From Raillietiella orientalis (taxonomy: Eukaryota): 64,000 nt of DNA. The stretch is from positions 1,178,001 to 1,242,000 of the forward strand of contig JAYWIR010000047.1 of NCBI GenBank assembly GCA_036172245.1, given 5' to 3'. The notes under the pieces are model-generated. The model was not told the DNA's origin. It saw only the letters and a list, made by a program, of their open reading frames with translations, and searched no databases. Below, piece after piece: positions 63,150 through 64,000 of the stretch. The translations under genes were made by a program, and so were the position numbers. Numbering within the stretch: the stretch's first letter is position 1; each line of letters opens with the position of its first letter.

Positions 63150-64000
63150 TGGAGCAGCAAAAGATTGCTCAGCGACTGCATTCGGCTTTTTCTTTCTTTC
63201 TCACAAATCGTGGTCCATTTTTTCGTTGGTGCGGCTGCGTGGCGATTTCGGAGCATGCAGCCGATGAAAACGGTGCTATTCAAGTTGAGGGGAAGCAAGG
63301 AGTCAACTGCTGGTGAGAGGTATGTCTTTGTTTGGTGCTGCGGTCAAGTCAAAAGCATCATCTTTGTTCAGAGATCTTGTGATACCACATGGTGCTGTGC
63401 CAGAATTGAATTTCCCCAATTAACACCGTGAATTCCATAAGACCGCATTATGCGCTCTCGTGTGCAGAAGAGACGCTTTAAAACTGGAGTCCGAAACCTT
63501 GTTTCGGACTCCAGCTCGCTTTTACGGCGAGCGCGCACGACTACTCGACTTGTTTTGAAAGCTCCGAAGTTCTGTTCGGAGACACGCACACGACGCTTCG
63601 AAGGAACTTCCGAAGTTCCTACACCGCCACAGGGGCTGGTGACCAGCTTGAACGCACTTGACAAGCGTATGTCTTCTCCCTTCACTGCCTTCGAATCCAC
63701 CTGCTTCCCGTTTCTCACTTCTGCCTTTGCCTGTAACACGTCTCTTTCAGCCTTGGTAAATGTGCATGCGGGCTCTTCACATGACTGGATTCTGCTGAGC
63801 CTCGCTCACTAAAGGCTCTTATGGAAAGGCACACGCGCTTACGAGGCAGTCCGGCGCACACGGAGGCGTGCCAAGGAGGGAAGCACTTTCCTTCAACGAC
63901 ACGAATTCCGCGGCTGTCACCAAACTCACACATGGCGTGCCACCTTCCACCACAAAGTTCACACGAGTTGACCTTGATTGAACGCTCCTTTTTTGGGAAA
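63150..64000 (-). mobile_element. Decayed LINE RT fragment running off the window edge
   Basis: CLSIRAFS (cf. FIDFxKAFDS) then KAEVRNGKQVDSKAVKGEDIRLSSAFKL (cf. AxVRx...GxxQGxxLSxxLF). Confidence 0.4.

Overview
Eukaryotic (animal, probably arthropod-like invertebrate) nuclear DNA, not prokaryotic. Three spliced genes can be reconstructed exon by exon with GT-AG introns. (1) A Polycomb/CBX gene on the minus strand (14750->12282, 5 exons, 307 aa). (2) Cullin-3 on the plus strand (18486-21169, 9 exons, 777 aa), head-to-head with Pc. (3) A PKA-C3/PRKX-type kinase on the plus strand (29990-55720, 8 exons, 364 aa). Pc and Cul3 lie in an AT-rich, compact block (~6.4-22 kb) where all but one of their coding-region introns are only 38-55 nt. 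The kinase lies in a very GC-rich, CpG-rich block (~23.5-58 kb) with introns up to 14.8 kb. Most other sequence is heavily decayed transposon debris (L1/Tx1-, RTE- and I/Jockey-like LINE pieces, a piggyBac-like remnant, a Copia-like integrase remnant), recognised only from degenerate motifs. There is also a ~60-bp mitochondrial 16S rRNA-like insert and two low-confidence candidate genes in the AT block. Nearly all long ORFs in the supplied track are artefacts of high GC. I found no clear novel multi-gene system. The most unusual signals are the ultra-short introns, splice acceptors lacking a pyrimidine tract, and the sharp compositional compartmentalisation. All homology calls are from memory of family motifs; no searches were run.
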